Shown piece by piece: positions 1 through 16,730 of a stretch of DNA of 64,000 bases; positions within the stretch are counted from its first letter, which is position 1; every line of letters starts with the position of its first letter. The translations under genes were made by a program, and so were the position numbers. The stretch comes from Kudoa neothunni (taxonomy: Eukaryota > Animalia > Cnidaria): contig OZ199838.1 of the NCBI GenBank assembly GCA_964304625.1, positions 7,799,466 to 7,863,465 of the forward strand, written 5' to 3'. The notes below the pieces were generated by a model, which was not told the origin of the DNA, searched no databases, and was given only the letters and a program-made list of their open reading frames with translations.

Positions 1-1399
1 TTGCGCCGTTATTCGACAGCACTTTAGTTTCGCCAGTATAATTCGAATGCGAATTTTTAATATACTTTATTAAGAATATAAAAGCCTCTATTATTATTAT
101 CGTTATTCTTTATCTATTCGGTAAACTAAATAATAATTGTTTATGTATTAAGATTTGAAGGCATTTATAAGGTCATCTATATAAAAAGTGTGTACATGTC
201 TATAAATTTACAAATCAATTCCTCTTTATGGATTATGTTAATATATAAAATTTCATTAAATTTTATCGGTTAGTTTTAGAGATATTAACTGCCTGTGAAT
301 TAGCCATTGCCTTTTTTCTTTTTGCTAGAACTACTTATGTTGATACGACCGAAAAATTACTGGAATCACGATAAAAAAACTCAATATTCATAATTTATTT
401 TTTAAATTATCAATTTTATCAAATTTTCTTCAGTGTTCCCCAATACCTAACAATTAACGATTTTCCCTGTAACGAGCCATATAAATGGTGCATGTAATAT
501 TGATAAAAAAAGTTATTTTAACTAGTATATTAATGAATTAATATCTATTCTGTTATCGATAAAGAAGATACTTTCTGTAATCACAAGCAAAGATTTGAAA
601 CTCTTGAGAGTCTTGAAAAACAATTTTCTGAATGCTAAACTAATTATATGTAAATTTCACGTTTCGCAAATTTTTGAGTGGTAGATATTGCTTTAAATAT
701 ATAATATCACTTGTGAATTAAAATATTTGATGCTAGAAATTCTTCAAAAAATAATCTTCGGTAGAAATTAAGATGATTATCAGAAAATGTGCACTGAGCT
801 TAAAAGCTAAGCGTTGATGATTTTAATTTGTAGTTTAAAAAGAATTGGTATCCAATTAGATCACAGTGGATTAATTTATCAGACGAAATAAAATCAACAA
901 AATCTACTGGAATTCTATGGTTTAGTTTCAGTGTGTCTTCCTACATTTTTTGCTGATTTTACTCTTTCTAAAAAGCTTAAAGCAGTATGAAGACTACGGG
1001 GTTTTAGAATGACCGCAATCGGGAAGAAAAGAAAAAAAACTACGCAATTGAATTATAAAAAAGCTTATTCGTGTTTTGTCAATCATTCTTTTGTAATATT
1101 TTCTATTTATCATAAAATTCAAAGATACTCGAAATTCAATCAATGATTATATGATCCCTATTTATGACTTACGAATTTGATGTTGTGTTTAAGATATTTA
1201 TTTATTATTTTTTCAACTTTTAAGAAAATAATTTTATCATGAAACATTTATTAATAACTAAGTAACTATCACAACATGTGTGAAAAATACGCGGTTATAT
1301 GCTACAAATGCCAAAAATTAGGTGACTGAATTTTTATAGTAAAAAAAGTTCTCAATAAAAATACGTAAACAGAAATATATAATATTGTGTGGTTATGGA

Positions 1400-1467
1400 G
1401 TAATTCGTTTTCGTGGCAATAGACAGCCCCGACACGGGATTATACGCTAGCGTGGTAATAACCACTG
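1400..1467. mobile_element. Right terminus of a MULE-type non-autonomous element whose left end was not found in the window
   Basis: Ends ...gcgtggtaataaccactgcc (RC GGCAGTGGTTATT, the same terminal motif as the other MULE ends here). About 60 bp is nearly identical to 42700-42762. Confidence 0.55.
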
Positions 1468-1511
1468 CCTTTTTATTTTTTCCCATTTCACCCCCAATCG
1501 AAAACAAAAAA

Positions 1512-4500
1512 GCAGTGTCTGTTTTGCCGGATGCGCTTTTTCTCTTAAAATAATAATTCAATCGTTACAATTTTTCCCAAAAAATATCAAATTCAGAATT
1601 TAGGTTTAGTTTCATTAATTCACGAGTGAATCGTAACAGCTAAATTGTATCCATAATATCCAAATGAAAACAGTAAAGTGTAACTATTTGGCCAATTCGT
1701 ATTTTAAATTGTTATAATTAGGTAAATATTTTTAACAGATGATTGATACATCACTAAAAGTTAACAAAATGTTGAGTATACTACTTTTAAATAATAAATG
1801 TTTGAAATTATCTTGTAATGCAACGCCAAATAATTGGGACTGTTTAACTTCCACATAAAATTATATTTGAATATTTATATTTATATCGATATTGGTGTTG
1901 TTATTATTATTACTATCATCATTATCATAGTTTTCTTTTTTTTCTCAAACCTATAACTCTTTGTAATACATCTTTTGGTCTACCTCTCAATTTCACTACT
2001 GTTGGCAGTTTAATTCCTATAATTTTATGAATTTAGCAAAATGGACAAAAGATAAACACCCTTCAAAGATGAATTTTTAGTTATGGTATCATCTACAATA
2101 TTCAGGGTCTCCATATCAGTTATTAATGATGGGACATTATCATTAACGGCCTCAAGTATATCCTCATTCTCTATTCGTGATTCCTCAGTAACTAAACACA
2201 AAATAAAAATTTTACTAAAGACACTATCGCTACATGTTGCGATTGAAATCTCTTGATTGTTTTCGATGACAGATTCAGACATTAACTTGAACTAAATTAA
2301 GTTAATATATAAATAATGGAAAAAATTGTCACCTTATCCAGAGAATCCCAATTGGAAATAAGAGAGATTAATTCATCTAACATCTTTTTAATTAATCATA
2401 TTGACTCCCTATTTTTTCAGACCCTAGCGAAGCTACTTTCTTACAAAGAATTTCTAGTTCCCTGTACCGCTTAAAAACAGAATTTGGAACGGGTCACTGA
2501 ATCGAGATTTCTGTAATACTTGGCTGCACATAACACAAAAGATTTTGATCTATATTTTTGATCATTCGAATGAATGACCCAAAATATTCTTTTTGCCACC
2601 TCTTATTACAAATTTTCTCTGCATATAAATTCACGTTCATTATTTTTCTAGCATAAATAATATGCCTACGTGGTAACTTCATACTTACGTAGAAACATGT
2701 ACAACTATTGGGATCACGATTGGTATAGGGTTCGATATGATTATTTATTTCATCCTGCATTATATTATACGCATATGAAGTTAACAATATTTTATATCGG
2801 TCGTTAACGTCCGAATTTAATTTCTCAACAGTTTGGGTTGTCAACTTTCTAACTGCTTTACTCTCACGCTCATTCCTCATACTTGATAAATAAATAAGCA
2901 GATCGCTGAAAAAGACTTAAATTGTTGAGAATTTTTTGATGATTTGTTTAATTTTGGAATTTATGCATTCTAATCGATTATTTGTTCTATTCAAAAAAGT
3001 ACCCTTTAGGTTCATATATGCCGGGCACCATTCATGTTTGATTGGATCCCAAGATTTATTATAATAACTAATGATTTTTTTGCTACATGTCTTACTTAAC
3101 AATTCATGACAATTTTCATAAATTTTTGGATCATCGATATAACAAAACTTTTGAATAAACTCTGAGGCAGTTTTTCTTTCAGGTATGTATATTCCCATTC
3201 TTAATGTAGAGGTTTCTCTCCCAAATATTCTTAAGACATGGTACAGGTAAAGTTTGTATTTACGTTAAGAAATACAGATCTTATAGAATTTCTTTCAATC
3301 ATGTCTTTATCTGTAATGAAACAAATTGTTTTGGTTGACATTTCGTCATTATGTTCAAGTAGAGATTGACATAACCAGGTAACAGTCACGGTACTCACCT
3401 CAGATAAAAGAGCAATAGCTCCTATCTGACTTTGTCCAAAGGAATCGATAAACAGACATATATACAATGGCATACGATTATCGATTAATTTATAAGTGAC
3501 ATCCATAAATACTAGTTTGGGAAATTATCTAATAACGTTTTTCATATAAAGGTCTTGGAAAAATATTCCAGTCATCTCATTGGATTATTGTGCAATATTT
3601 CGAGAGTTGCATTTGGGTGAGAATTTTTTATTGAATTAAACAACTCCGAAATATCAGACAAAACACTTTTTTTAGTGTTTGGATATAATTATCGATTTTC
3701 TTCAACGAAACCTTTTTTGTGAACGGTTCATGATTTCTACTTGTACTCTTTTTAAATTTTCATCATAAAAATGAACGTTTTTTATAAGATTTTTTCTTTC
3801 TTCATCTAATTTTCTATTCACTGGGAAAAATCACTAAAATTCTCATTTCCATTGTAGCTGTGAGTAAGATCCAATTTTCTAATAATAAACACGTTCATGT
3901 TTTTAGGAATTCGCAGTGTAATGAAGAAATTGCAACTACTTTTATGGCTGTTGATTTTTCTCTTCCCAGCACTTTTAGATCGTATCTGAATTCAAGTTAA
4001 TTACATCAATGTTTATATAGATAATTACATTTTTACCACCATGAACACAACAAAAAGTGGCTTCATAATAACCAAGATCAGAGTTCATGTCTCTGTCAAA
4101 TTTTTGTAGGGCGGTTGAGATTTTTCTAGAGTCTTGGATCCAGTAACAAAAGTTGTTTCGCTTTGAGTATTTATCTATGAATTCTTTAGTCTTTTCAAAG
4201 TTTGTAAATGCATTTCCCACCTTAGGTTCAGATGTAATATCCTGAATTAGTAGTGTTTGATCAGACTCTCCTTCCATAATGATTCTACTCGCAACTATCA
4301 ACGTTACAACCACACGCTAGAGGGTGTTTTACTCGTTTATGATGCTGCAACACATAAAATTAGATTAATTACGAAAACAATATAGATTTATAAAAAATTT
4401 AATGTCATTTATAATGATACTTATGAATGAGTTTAAAATATCCTCGATGTATTTTGATGCCTATTTGTTAACTAAAAGATAAATGAAACTAAATTTATAT

Positions 4501-4591
4501 TCTGCATTTATAAAAGATATTTTGTAGAAAAAATTGTAGCGATTGAATTATTATTTTAAGAGAAAAAGCGAGTCCGGTAAAATAGACAGTC
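1512..4591 (-). mobile_element. Decayed MULE/Mutator transposon (ZSWIM3-like transposase pseudogene)
   Basis: About 75-bp TIRs (gcagtgtctgttttgccggatgcgctttttctc... / RC gactgtctattttaccggactcgctttttctc...). A-rich flanks aaacaaaaa / aaataaaaa resemble a degraded 9-bp TSD. Fragmented ORFs 2025-4313 carry MULE motifs MDVTYKL, ITDKD, TNNRLE and a SWIM-like CTC..LPRRH. Confidence 0.88.
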
Positions 4592-4786
4592 AAATAAAAA
4601 TCTCAACACACCTGAAAAGTTACGAACCACATGTCACTACAAAATAATCCATAAAAACAAAATTAATTATATTAAAAATATTTTATTTATATTCTAGGCT
4701 ATGTAATTATTGTTTTTAACTCGTTTGAGAAATAAATAACTAATTATAATCTTAGCCGTACGTTAATTTTGTAACATTTTCTCAAA

Positions 4787-4810
4787 TTACGAACTACATG
4801 TCACCCACTG
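4787..4810. mobile_element. Orphan pogo/Tigger-type terminal inverted repeat
   Basis: ttacgaactacatgtcacccactg|TA. Its RC CAGTGGGTGAC equals the first 11 nt of the pogo TIR at 61499. A subterminal repeat copy lies near 4620. Confidence 0.45.
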
Positions 4811-5962
4811 TATTAGCGACACTAAAAACATTAAAAATATAAAATACGTTCAACCGGCAATTATTCGTTTTAAAAAAACTTATATATTATTAGTCAATTA
4901 TATATTTTGAAAAATTGCAAAATGAACTAGAAGCCAAAACCACAACGAGAGCGAAGTGTATGAAAAAATGTCTTACCGTTTTAAATGTCTCAAGATTTCA
5001 GATCCCTTGCATGGCTAAAAATTAGCATTCTACAGAAAAATTCTAATTTCATAATCTTCAAGGTTGTCAAGGAAAGACAATAACACAAGGGTAATTGATT
5101 TGAAACGGATATTTTAAAGATATATTTACAGAGGAATTACTACTATATTGTTTGTTTATACAAAATAATGAGGAAAATATGACAATGTAAATTGGATACG
5201 TTAGCATCAGAAAATATAACAAGAATTAAAATTTAAAAGATAGAAATTTACGTCTAAAAATAATTTGAGTGGAACTAGGAAAATTCTATTCCTACACAGT
5301 ATAAAATGGGTCATAATCTACTAACGTCAACAGTTCTATATTCGTTAAATAATGATTTAGCATATGATATTTTCTATGAATTTTTATTTCGAATACTTAA
5401 TGAAATGAAAATTACTATAATTCATGTCACGTTTATTTTAAAATTATTCGTTGTAACTTTCACATTTGATTAATACATAATTCTTCGTATATCTTTTAGG
5501 GTTTCAAAGGTTCGTTATGGCACATATTTTGGGAACTAATTAATTTTTGCAAAATAAAATTAATCGAGAGACTATTAATCTGAATCTTGATTTATTCCCC
5601 CCGATAATACATACCGTAAAATCCATTGATGTTTCCTCTTATTATAATTGTATATCGCTGTAAAATTTTGTTAAATTTTAAATCTTTGAAAATATATGTT
5701 CTTATTAATTTAAAAATGAAATTGTGGTTTCTAAAACATTACATAACTACTAATGGCAAAGAATGATCATTCTTAGTATAGGAAATTCAAAACAACCTAA
5801 CGAACACAAACTTTAATAAAAAGTTATCTAAGAATTATTTTTGAATTCAGAAAACATAAAATTACTTGATAATATGTTATAGACTTTCTAACTCCGTAAA
5901 TACTATTAAATTTATAACGAAAAAAATACGGTATACATTATAGTAATAGATAACGGAATATT

Positions 5963-10125
<4,163 letters not shown>

Positions 10126-10332
10126 AATGAAACAATGACGCTGATCAAAGGATCCGATCGTTAGTATGTCGATCACGTGTCATCAGCCATTAGCATAAGT
10201 GTCATTATTAGTCTGGCTTGATTTAGGTGGTTTATAAAAAAAGTTACTCTCAAATTTAACCATACAATTAAACATTATGATTATTGTCCATTTTGACTCA
10301 TTTTTATCCTTTTGAGTCTAATTGCATAAATT

Positions 10333-11135
10333 CACGTGGACTTATGGAACGTGCTTAATCAAAACCATTACGCACGACACGTAACTTTGCACATACGAAA
10401 TTAAACAAAAAATTGTGTTATATTTTGACAAACTAGCATACTTATTTAGTTTAGTATTTGGATTAATTTGTAATGGAACAAGAGATGAAATTGAAGATTC
10501 ACTGAAAATGTATTATGCGAAATGCTATATCTTTTTATTAAAACTTAAACCAACCAATAGATACAGATGTTGATTCTGAGGCATCAAGGAATTCATTAGC
10601 TTTATTAATAACAACATATTGAGAATCTTCTATCTAATTTACTCTCATCAGTTCAATCCACTCTTCCACTTGAAAATCAAAATCCATATTTTCTCCCTCT
10701 GAGAGTTTTTATTACTTTTGAATAGAACAATCGTTAGAACACTAAAACAACCAATTTAAGTAGTTATAATAATATTCAAGGCAGACCTTATTTTTACATC
10801 AAAGATCATTGTTTCAGATTTAGCGTTTGATTTATTTGCTACTTTTTGATAATATTTTATAATTCCAACTTTTGGGATAGAACTGAAATTTTATTATCAT
10901 CTGTTGACGCACAAGTCTTAATTTTCGTTGTTTTGAGGAAAATTCATTACGCACGAGTCACAATTGCTCACGACACATAAAATGCATAAGAACTATTGAT
11001 ATTTTAATTTTTATAAAGTCAAATTGGGGCAATATGTTACTTGTGTTAACAAGTTTATAGCGTAAAAATTAAATTTTCTATATATTCATTATTTTACGTT
11101 TTAATGCGATATTACGTACGACCCATAAGTCACTG
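10333..11135 (-). mobile_element. Internally deleted pogo/Tigger derivative (non-autonomous), copy 1
   Basis: Ends acgtacgacccataagtcactg|TA; the left TIR is degraded. Collinear with 39722-40550 and homologous to both ends and the 5' transposase region of 53306-54968. Confidence 0.85.
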
Positions 11136-11710
11136 TATTTAATTGGTTAAATTGCGGAACAATGGTCGAAATCCAAATCAGCGACCACGTACAAAACCGA
11201 ACCTGTTGAATATTTTATTATTGAGTATTTATCAATTTCGCATATCCGATAGGGCAATTTTGGCAACAGCTATTTGTCATCACGATAATAATTGGTGTAA
11301 TCTATGATATGTTGAACTCCCAGCTCCTCGCGATTATTTCAACAGGATGTACCACCAATTAAGCTGGCTCGAGTAAAGCATGCTCAACGTCTTCTAAAAT
11401 TGAAGTCGGAAAACTCTGATTTTGATGGATTATCACAATATAACCCTGGCGATTCTCTACTGTATCAATCCCTTTTCTATAAGAATAAGAATTTCATATT
11501 TTATATAAGCGATAACCAACTAATTGCAACAAGTGCATAATGTTAATATCCAAAATAATTTATTGAGTGAAATCCAGACATTACTACCATTAAATGGTTT
11601 AACAATATCACGCTAATTTGATTTAAAAAATTCGTGACTAATCTCCGAACTAATTTAATCGTTATTCGGTAAATATGGCCATTACTCTACATTTTAACTA
11701 TTTAATTTAA

Positions 11711-14700
11711 GGAAGTGTCTATTGGCCCGTTGCCGGGCCAATAGGCACATACGTGTGGCTATGTCTATCGGTCCGATAGATCAGTTTTACGATTTTGTAA
11801 TATTAAAAATAAGTAAAATTAGGTTTTTCATTTCCCAATGGTTAAATTACATAGTTTACAAACATATTTTTGATATTCGAGTCGCTCCAATTAGGAATTG
11901 TTACCGACACGGTGTGATTATCGTTTTCAAATATTATATATTTAACTTATATTATATTTTTTCGCTGAAATTTGAGAATAAATTGATCTGGTGATCGCAT
12001 CTAAATTAAACAGTGACGTTGAATTTTATGAACCTTGTGTTTCGTGTAGCGTGGTTATTCGTAGGCAATGAACAGCAACGAAAGTGGTGGAAACAACCAT
12101 GATGTTAACACTAACGAGAATAATTTTTTTAAAGTTGGTGATACGTTTAATAACTTTGAAGAATTAAAGTTGAAAATTGAACAGTTGGAATTACTCGATA
12201 AATATACGATGTTCATATTAGATTTCAAAACCATTGATAGTGGCCAACAACGATGTGATCGAGTGTTAAATCCATTATTAAAATATTATCAATAAAAATA
12301 TTGTTGTATTCACGGCGGGAAAAAGGTAAATCGTTATATTTTGTTAAATATTTGTTATTCAAGGTTAATTATTATTTTGTCTTTAGAAATATTTTTATTT
12401 AGTTATTAAGTTATTTATTGGTTTCATTACTTTAGAGAAAGCGATCAACTGGTCAACGAAATACGAACTCTTATTATAAGGGATGCCCAGTGTTTTTAAG
12501 ATTTCTAATAGACACCGATGGGAAAAAACTTGTGTTAAAATCTCTTAATTTATCACACAACCACGATTCTCTTAGTTTACCCTCAAAATTTTCGTCAAAG
12601 GCAAAAAAACTTAATGATGAGGAGATTACATATATCACCCAACTTGTTGAAGTCGACGGTAATTCAAAGGCTATCCAAGAAAAATTTTTAGGGAGAAGGG
12701 AAAGTACGTTTTGCTGAAAAAGCTAAGAAACATTAAATATTCAATTAAGTCCCATTCAACCACACTTGATTGTTTGTTAACTCTAAAAAATAATCCTAAT
12801 GTATTTATTGAAGTGTTAGAAGCTGAAAATAATTTTAAGGGCCTTTTTTATCAAGATTTTGACATGAAAAAATGCCTGAAAGCTTACCCCGAAATAATAT
12901 TTATTGACGCCACATATAAATTATTAGACTGTAGGGCTCCAGTTTATTTTCTTGCGGTAATGGATGGAAGAGGAATGAGCGAGATTGTGGCAACAGGAAT
13001 CCTCACCGAAGAAACCGAGGAAATATTGTCATGGTTTATTAAAACAATTAAAAAGCATTACCCATTGATAGAAAACGAGACTAAAATTTTTATGACAGAC
13101 AAAGACATAGTAGAACGAAAAGTTTTAAAAAATATTTCTCGAAATGTTAACATTCAATTATGTCTTTATCATGTCTTAAAAGCATTTAATCGTGAAATCA
13201 AGGTCGAGAAAATGAACATCAATTCTAAGGAAAAAGAAATTTCACTCTTTTACCTACAAAAAATCTCATACGCCAAAAACAACGATGAGTATAATTCTAT
13301 AAAAAACAATTTAAGGATAATGTAGGAGAAAACGTTTATCGTTATTTTAAAAATAATTGGCATACCATCAAAGATGAATGGGTTATTGGTTTACGGAGAT
13401 ACGATGGAATGTTCTTAAATTTTACCAATAATAGAATTGAAAGTATCAATTCCAAAGTAAAACAAGTGATTCCATTGTTTTCTTCTTTTGAAGAATTTTT
13501 CAAGAAGTTTCTGGTTTACATAAATACTTCAAGAATGGAGAATGATAATAAGGCTGTTCAAGAAATTTTAGACTCCTCAAAAATTCATTGATCTTGATAT
13601 AATCGAGTATTATAATTATTTAACAAAATATCCATTTCAAATGGTTTCAAATGAATATTCTAAAGTTCTATCGCCAGAAAACATCGGTGACGAAATTTTT
13701 CCAGGTAGTTTTAATATGCCTTCCAATGATAAATGTGGCTGTCCCTTCAGAATCAGCATGAACTTACCATGCTGTCATGTATTTACATATCGGAAAAAGT
13801 GTAATCTTCCACTTTTTGATAAATCTTTGTGCTCCAAGAGATGGACGAAAAATTACTTTATTGAAAACTCCAGGTTGCAAGAAAATGTTTGCAAAAAGAA
13901 TGATGTCGACTTTGGAAGCGATTCGATTATTTTCAGTTCTTTACCCAAGAATGTTCAATATTCAGAACAGAAAAAATTTAATGAAGCTTCTAGGTTAATG
14001 AAAACCGTCGCTGCTAGAATATCAGAAAAAACAGGCCCTGAATACAATTATTGGATAGATATGCTGAAACAGTTTGTGGAATGCATTGAAAATAATGAAA
14101 AAATTGCGATAACAAGATTTAACGATAATGACTCTACACGTGAGGTCTCAGCAGCCTCAAGCAAAAACATCACTGCATCTAAAAGTATTCATTTATATAA
14201 TATAATGTAATATTAATTCTGACCTTTATAGATTCAGAATTACATCATTGCCCTGTAAACGAAAGTCAACAAGAGTAAAACGGAATCCCTGTTTAAATAT
14301 TTATTCTAATTATAGAGAGAAATCCAATAATGGTGAAAAATCATATGATATATCTGATGAAGATAATAAAATTTCAAGTAATACAACAATTAATTATATT
14401 TTTGATTCAAAATGTAGAATTAATTAATTTTGCCTTCAAAAATTAAATACAAGGGCCGCCCTAGGCCCTAGAGGTTCGCCGACGACTGTAATTGATATAA
14501 AAAGATCTAAAGTCCACATGAGTTTGTTCATGAATTTAACTGAAAAGCAACAAATTTCGGGCATATTATAAATTTTTTAAATAATAAATAGCTATGCTGA
14601 GTTGGTTCGTTGATACAAAAATTGCGAGAAGAGCTATGGTTAATAAAGAAAAAATTGATGAAAAGGATGTCGAGGTTTTTTCCGATAACATAAGTGACGC

Positions 14701-15920
14701 GATTCTTGACCAAAGGGTTAAAATTGATAAAATATTTCCTTATTTTACTGACGACGCCATTTATAATATTAAAACGATTATAAAAAACAAAAAAACCGTT
14801 GGCTATATGTGCAGTATCTGTAAAAACACGATTGGGAACATGGAATCATCTATAGGTTGTGATATATGCTTAGAATGGAGTCATTTCAAATGTCAAAATA
14901 TCAGTATTGGTCCATATTCTAAATATTGGTGTTGCAACGAATGTAAAAAGTTATTCAAGAACAAATGAAAGTACAAAGGTTGTAAACTTGAAAAAAAATA
15001 TTTCTCCAACAAAAGAGTAGTTTTATTCGAATTATCTTCAAAATTATTACGATTTTTCCTGATACAAATTTTTTTATTGCAAATACGAATAGTGCCAAAC
15101 TATATTATATTTTTAATTACGCGAATAATCGAATAAATACTATTTCTTTGGTAAGAAACATTGGCTATTATAAGGTCGATTTGTTTAAAGCTTCGTTTTT
15201 AAAATTAAATTCTATAGTCTTAATTAGTTTCTATAATGATGTCATATATAATCAACATTAAATAAATTTCATGTTTAAGAATATACCAATATAATTAATA
15301 TTTTTTCGAACCCGGATGGAGATATTTACTTACTCATTCGAAATAGCGTCGAAATTTTAATTTATTTACAAAGCAAGCATAATTTGAATAATATTTCGAG
15401 ATAAATGTTGTCAAATTGCTTTACCGCTTGACTAAATGAATTTTTGTTTGTTATGTACTATGTAAATTAACTTATTAGTACGAATCAATCTCTCGAAATT
15501 GAATATCAATAAATTATCAAACCGATATAAATAATTATTAATTATTTCTCTAAATAGAATCAAATATATCTCAAAATTATTATTTTTAGATGCATTTTAA
15601 GGATAAATATAACGCATAATTAAGTCATTGGAATATATAAATATGATGTAAATATTTCTATAGAAAACTTAGGCCTTATTAATCCAATAATTCATAAACG
15701 TGCTAGTTTATGTAAGATTGGTATTTTTCACAAGCCAAAAAATGAAGATCTCGATTCTATCCGTGTCTAAATAGGTGTCTGAGTATTCTCGTTAATTAAA
15801 CTTAATTGATAGATATACGTGTGGTTAAAATGTTGTTTAAATATTAAATGTAATTTTATATCCACTCAAAGGAAATTTAAATAGCATGCGATGCTGATCT
15901 GCCGGACCAATAGTCACTTC
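11711..15920 (+). mobile_element. MULE/Mutator transposon, copy 1 (pseudogenised transposase with SWIM and C-terminal PHD finger)
   Basis: Termini ggaagtgtctattgg... / ...ccaatagtcacttc. ORF pieces 12068-14968 contain FIDATYKL, FMTDKD, CLYHV, TNNRIES, CGC..LPCCH (SWIM) and a C4HC3 PHD. Intron 12326-12435. Stops and frameshifts are present; no clean TSD. Confidence 0.92.
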
Positions 15921-16259
15921 ATTAAGCTTTTGCGAGTCCAAGAGATATTAATTTGAGTAATAAAAATAAATTTTTGTAAATTTTCTTCTGTCTCTATATC
16001 TTTGTTTACCTTCCCAAATAGTATTGCAAAAACTTTTCGAGCCGAGCCAGAATTTAGAATCGGCATTGAAAAATCTCCGGGCCAAAAAATAACGTTTTTA
16101 ATACCACTTGAAGGTGATTTAAATAATTTTAGAATGCAGAAAAATATAACACTGACATTAAATTATTTAGCATTGGTACCGGGCCATTAAATTTTTAAAT
16201 GAACGCCAGGATTGATACTTTCCTTCATAGAAATGTTCATAATTTAAATTTAGTTAATC

Positions 16260-16404
16260 CAAATCGTTAAAGTACGTTTCTTAAAATTTTTTTAGTTATT
16301 CTGCATCTATGGGTTAATTTGAAACTTCAGTATATTTTTTGAACATTATTAAGAAAAGTATCTATGCGAAATCTTCTCAAGCAATGCTGGGCAGTTCCCG
16401 CTAG
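16260..16404 (+). mobile_element. 3' end of a Helitron-like non-autonomous element
   Basis: Ends gcaatgctgggcagttcccgCTAG|T and resembles the 3' end of the element at 19367-20357. The 5' end is unresolved. Confidence 0.5.
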
Positions 16405-16607
16405 TTGCTGATAAATAAATTCATGTAAACCACTCCAGAAACAGCAATCCGCTGTACATCTGCTATGGAATTGTTAAATTAGGTGTATTGTTTACAATGT
16501 ATAAAATTGAGATAAATTGAATAAGTTTAAAGCATATTTCATCTGGTGTCAAGAAATACCCCAGCCGGGCACACGCGTTTTGTTTCCTAAGTTAGTACAG
16601 GGAAGGT
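16405..16607. mobile_element. piggyBac-type MITE terminal fragment
   Basis: About 200 bp homologous to about 63762-63978. Ends gtacagggaagg|TTAA. Confidence 0.7.
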
Positions 16608-16730
16608 TAAAAAAGAATGTTGGTATAAAGTATTATATATTGAAGTGGGAAGTGGCGGCACAAAAATGGAAATAATCTATTACGCTAAGATACATAATAC
16701 AATACGTATATATCTAAAGACAAACATTCA

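Noticed and set aside
11290-11480. Coding-looking segment upstream of the MULE
   Set aside because: Stops in the frames examined and no recognisable motif.
12068-14968. Stop-codon reassignment or systematic recoding suggested by identical stops in both MULE copies
   Set aside because: The three host genes translate cleanly with the standard code. Shared lesions are explained by copying after inactivation.
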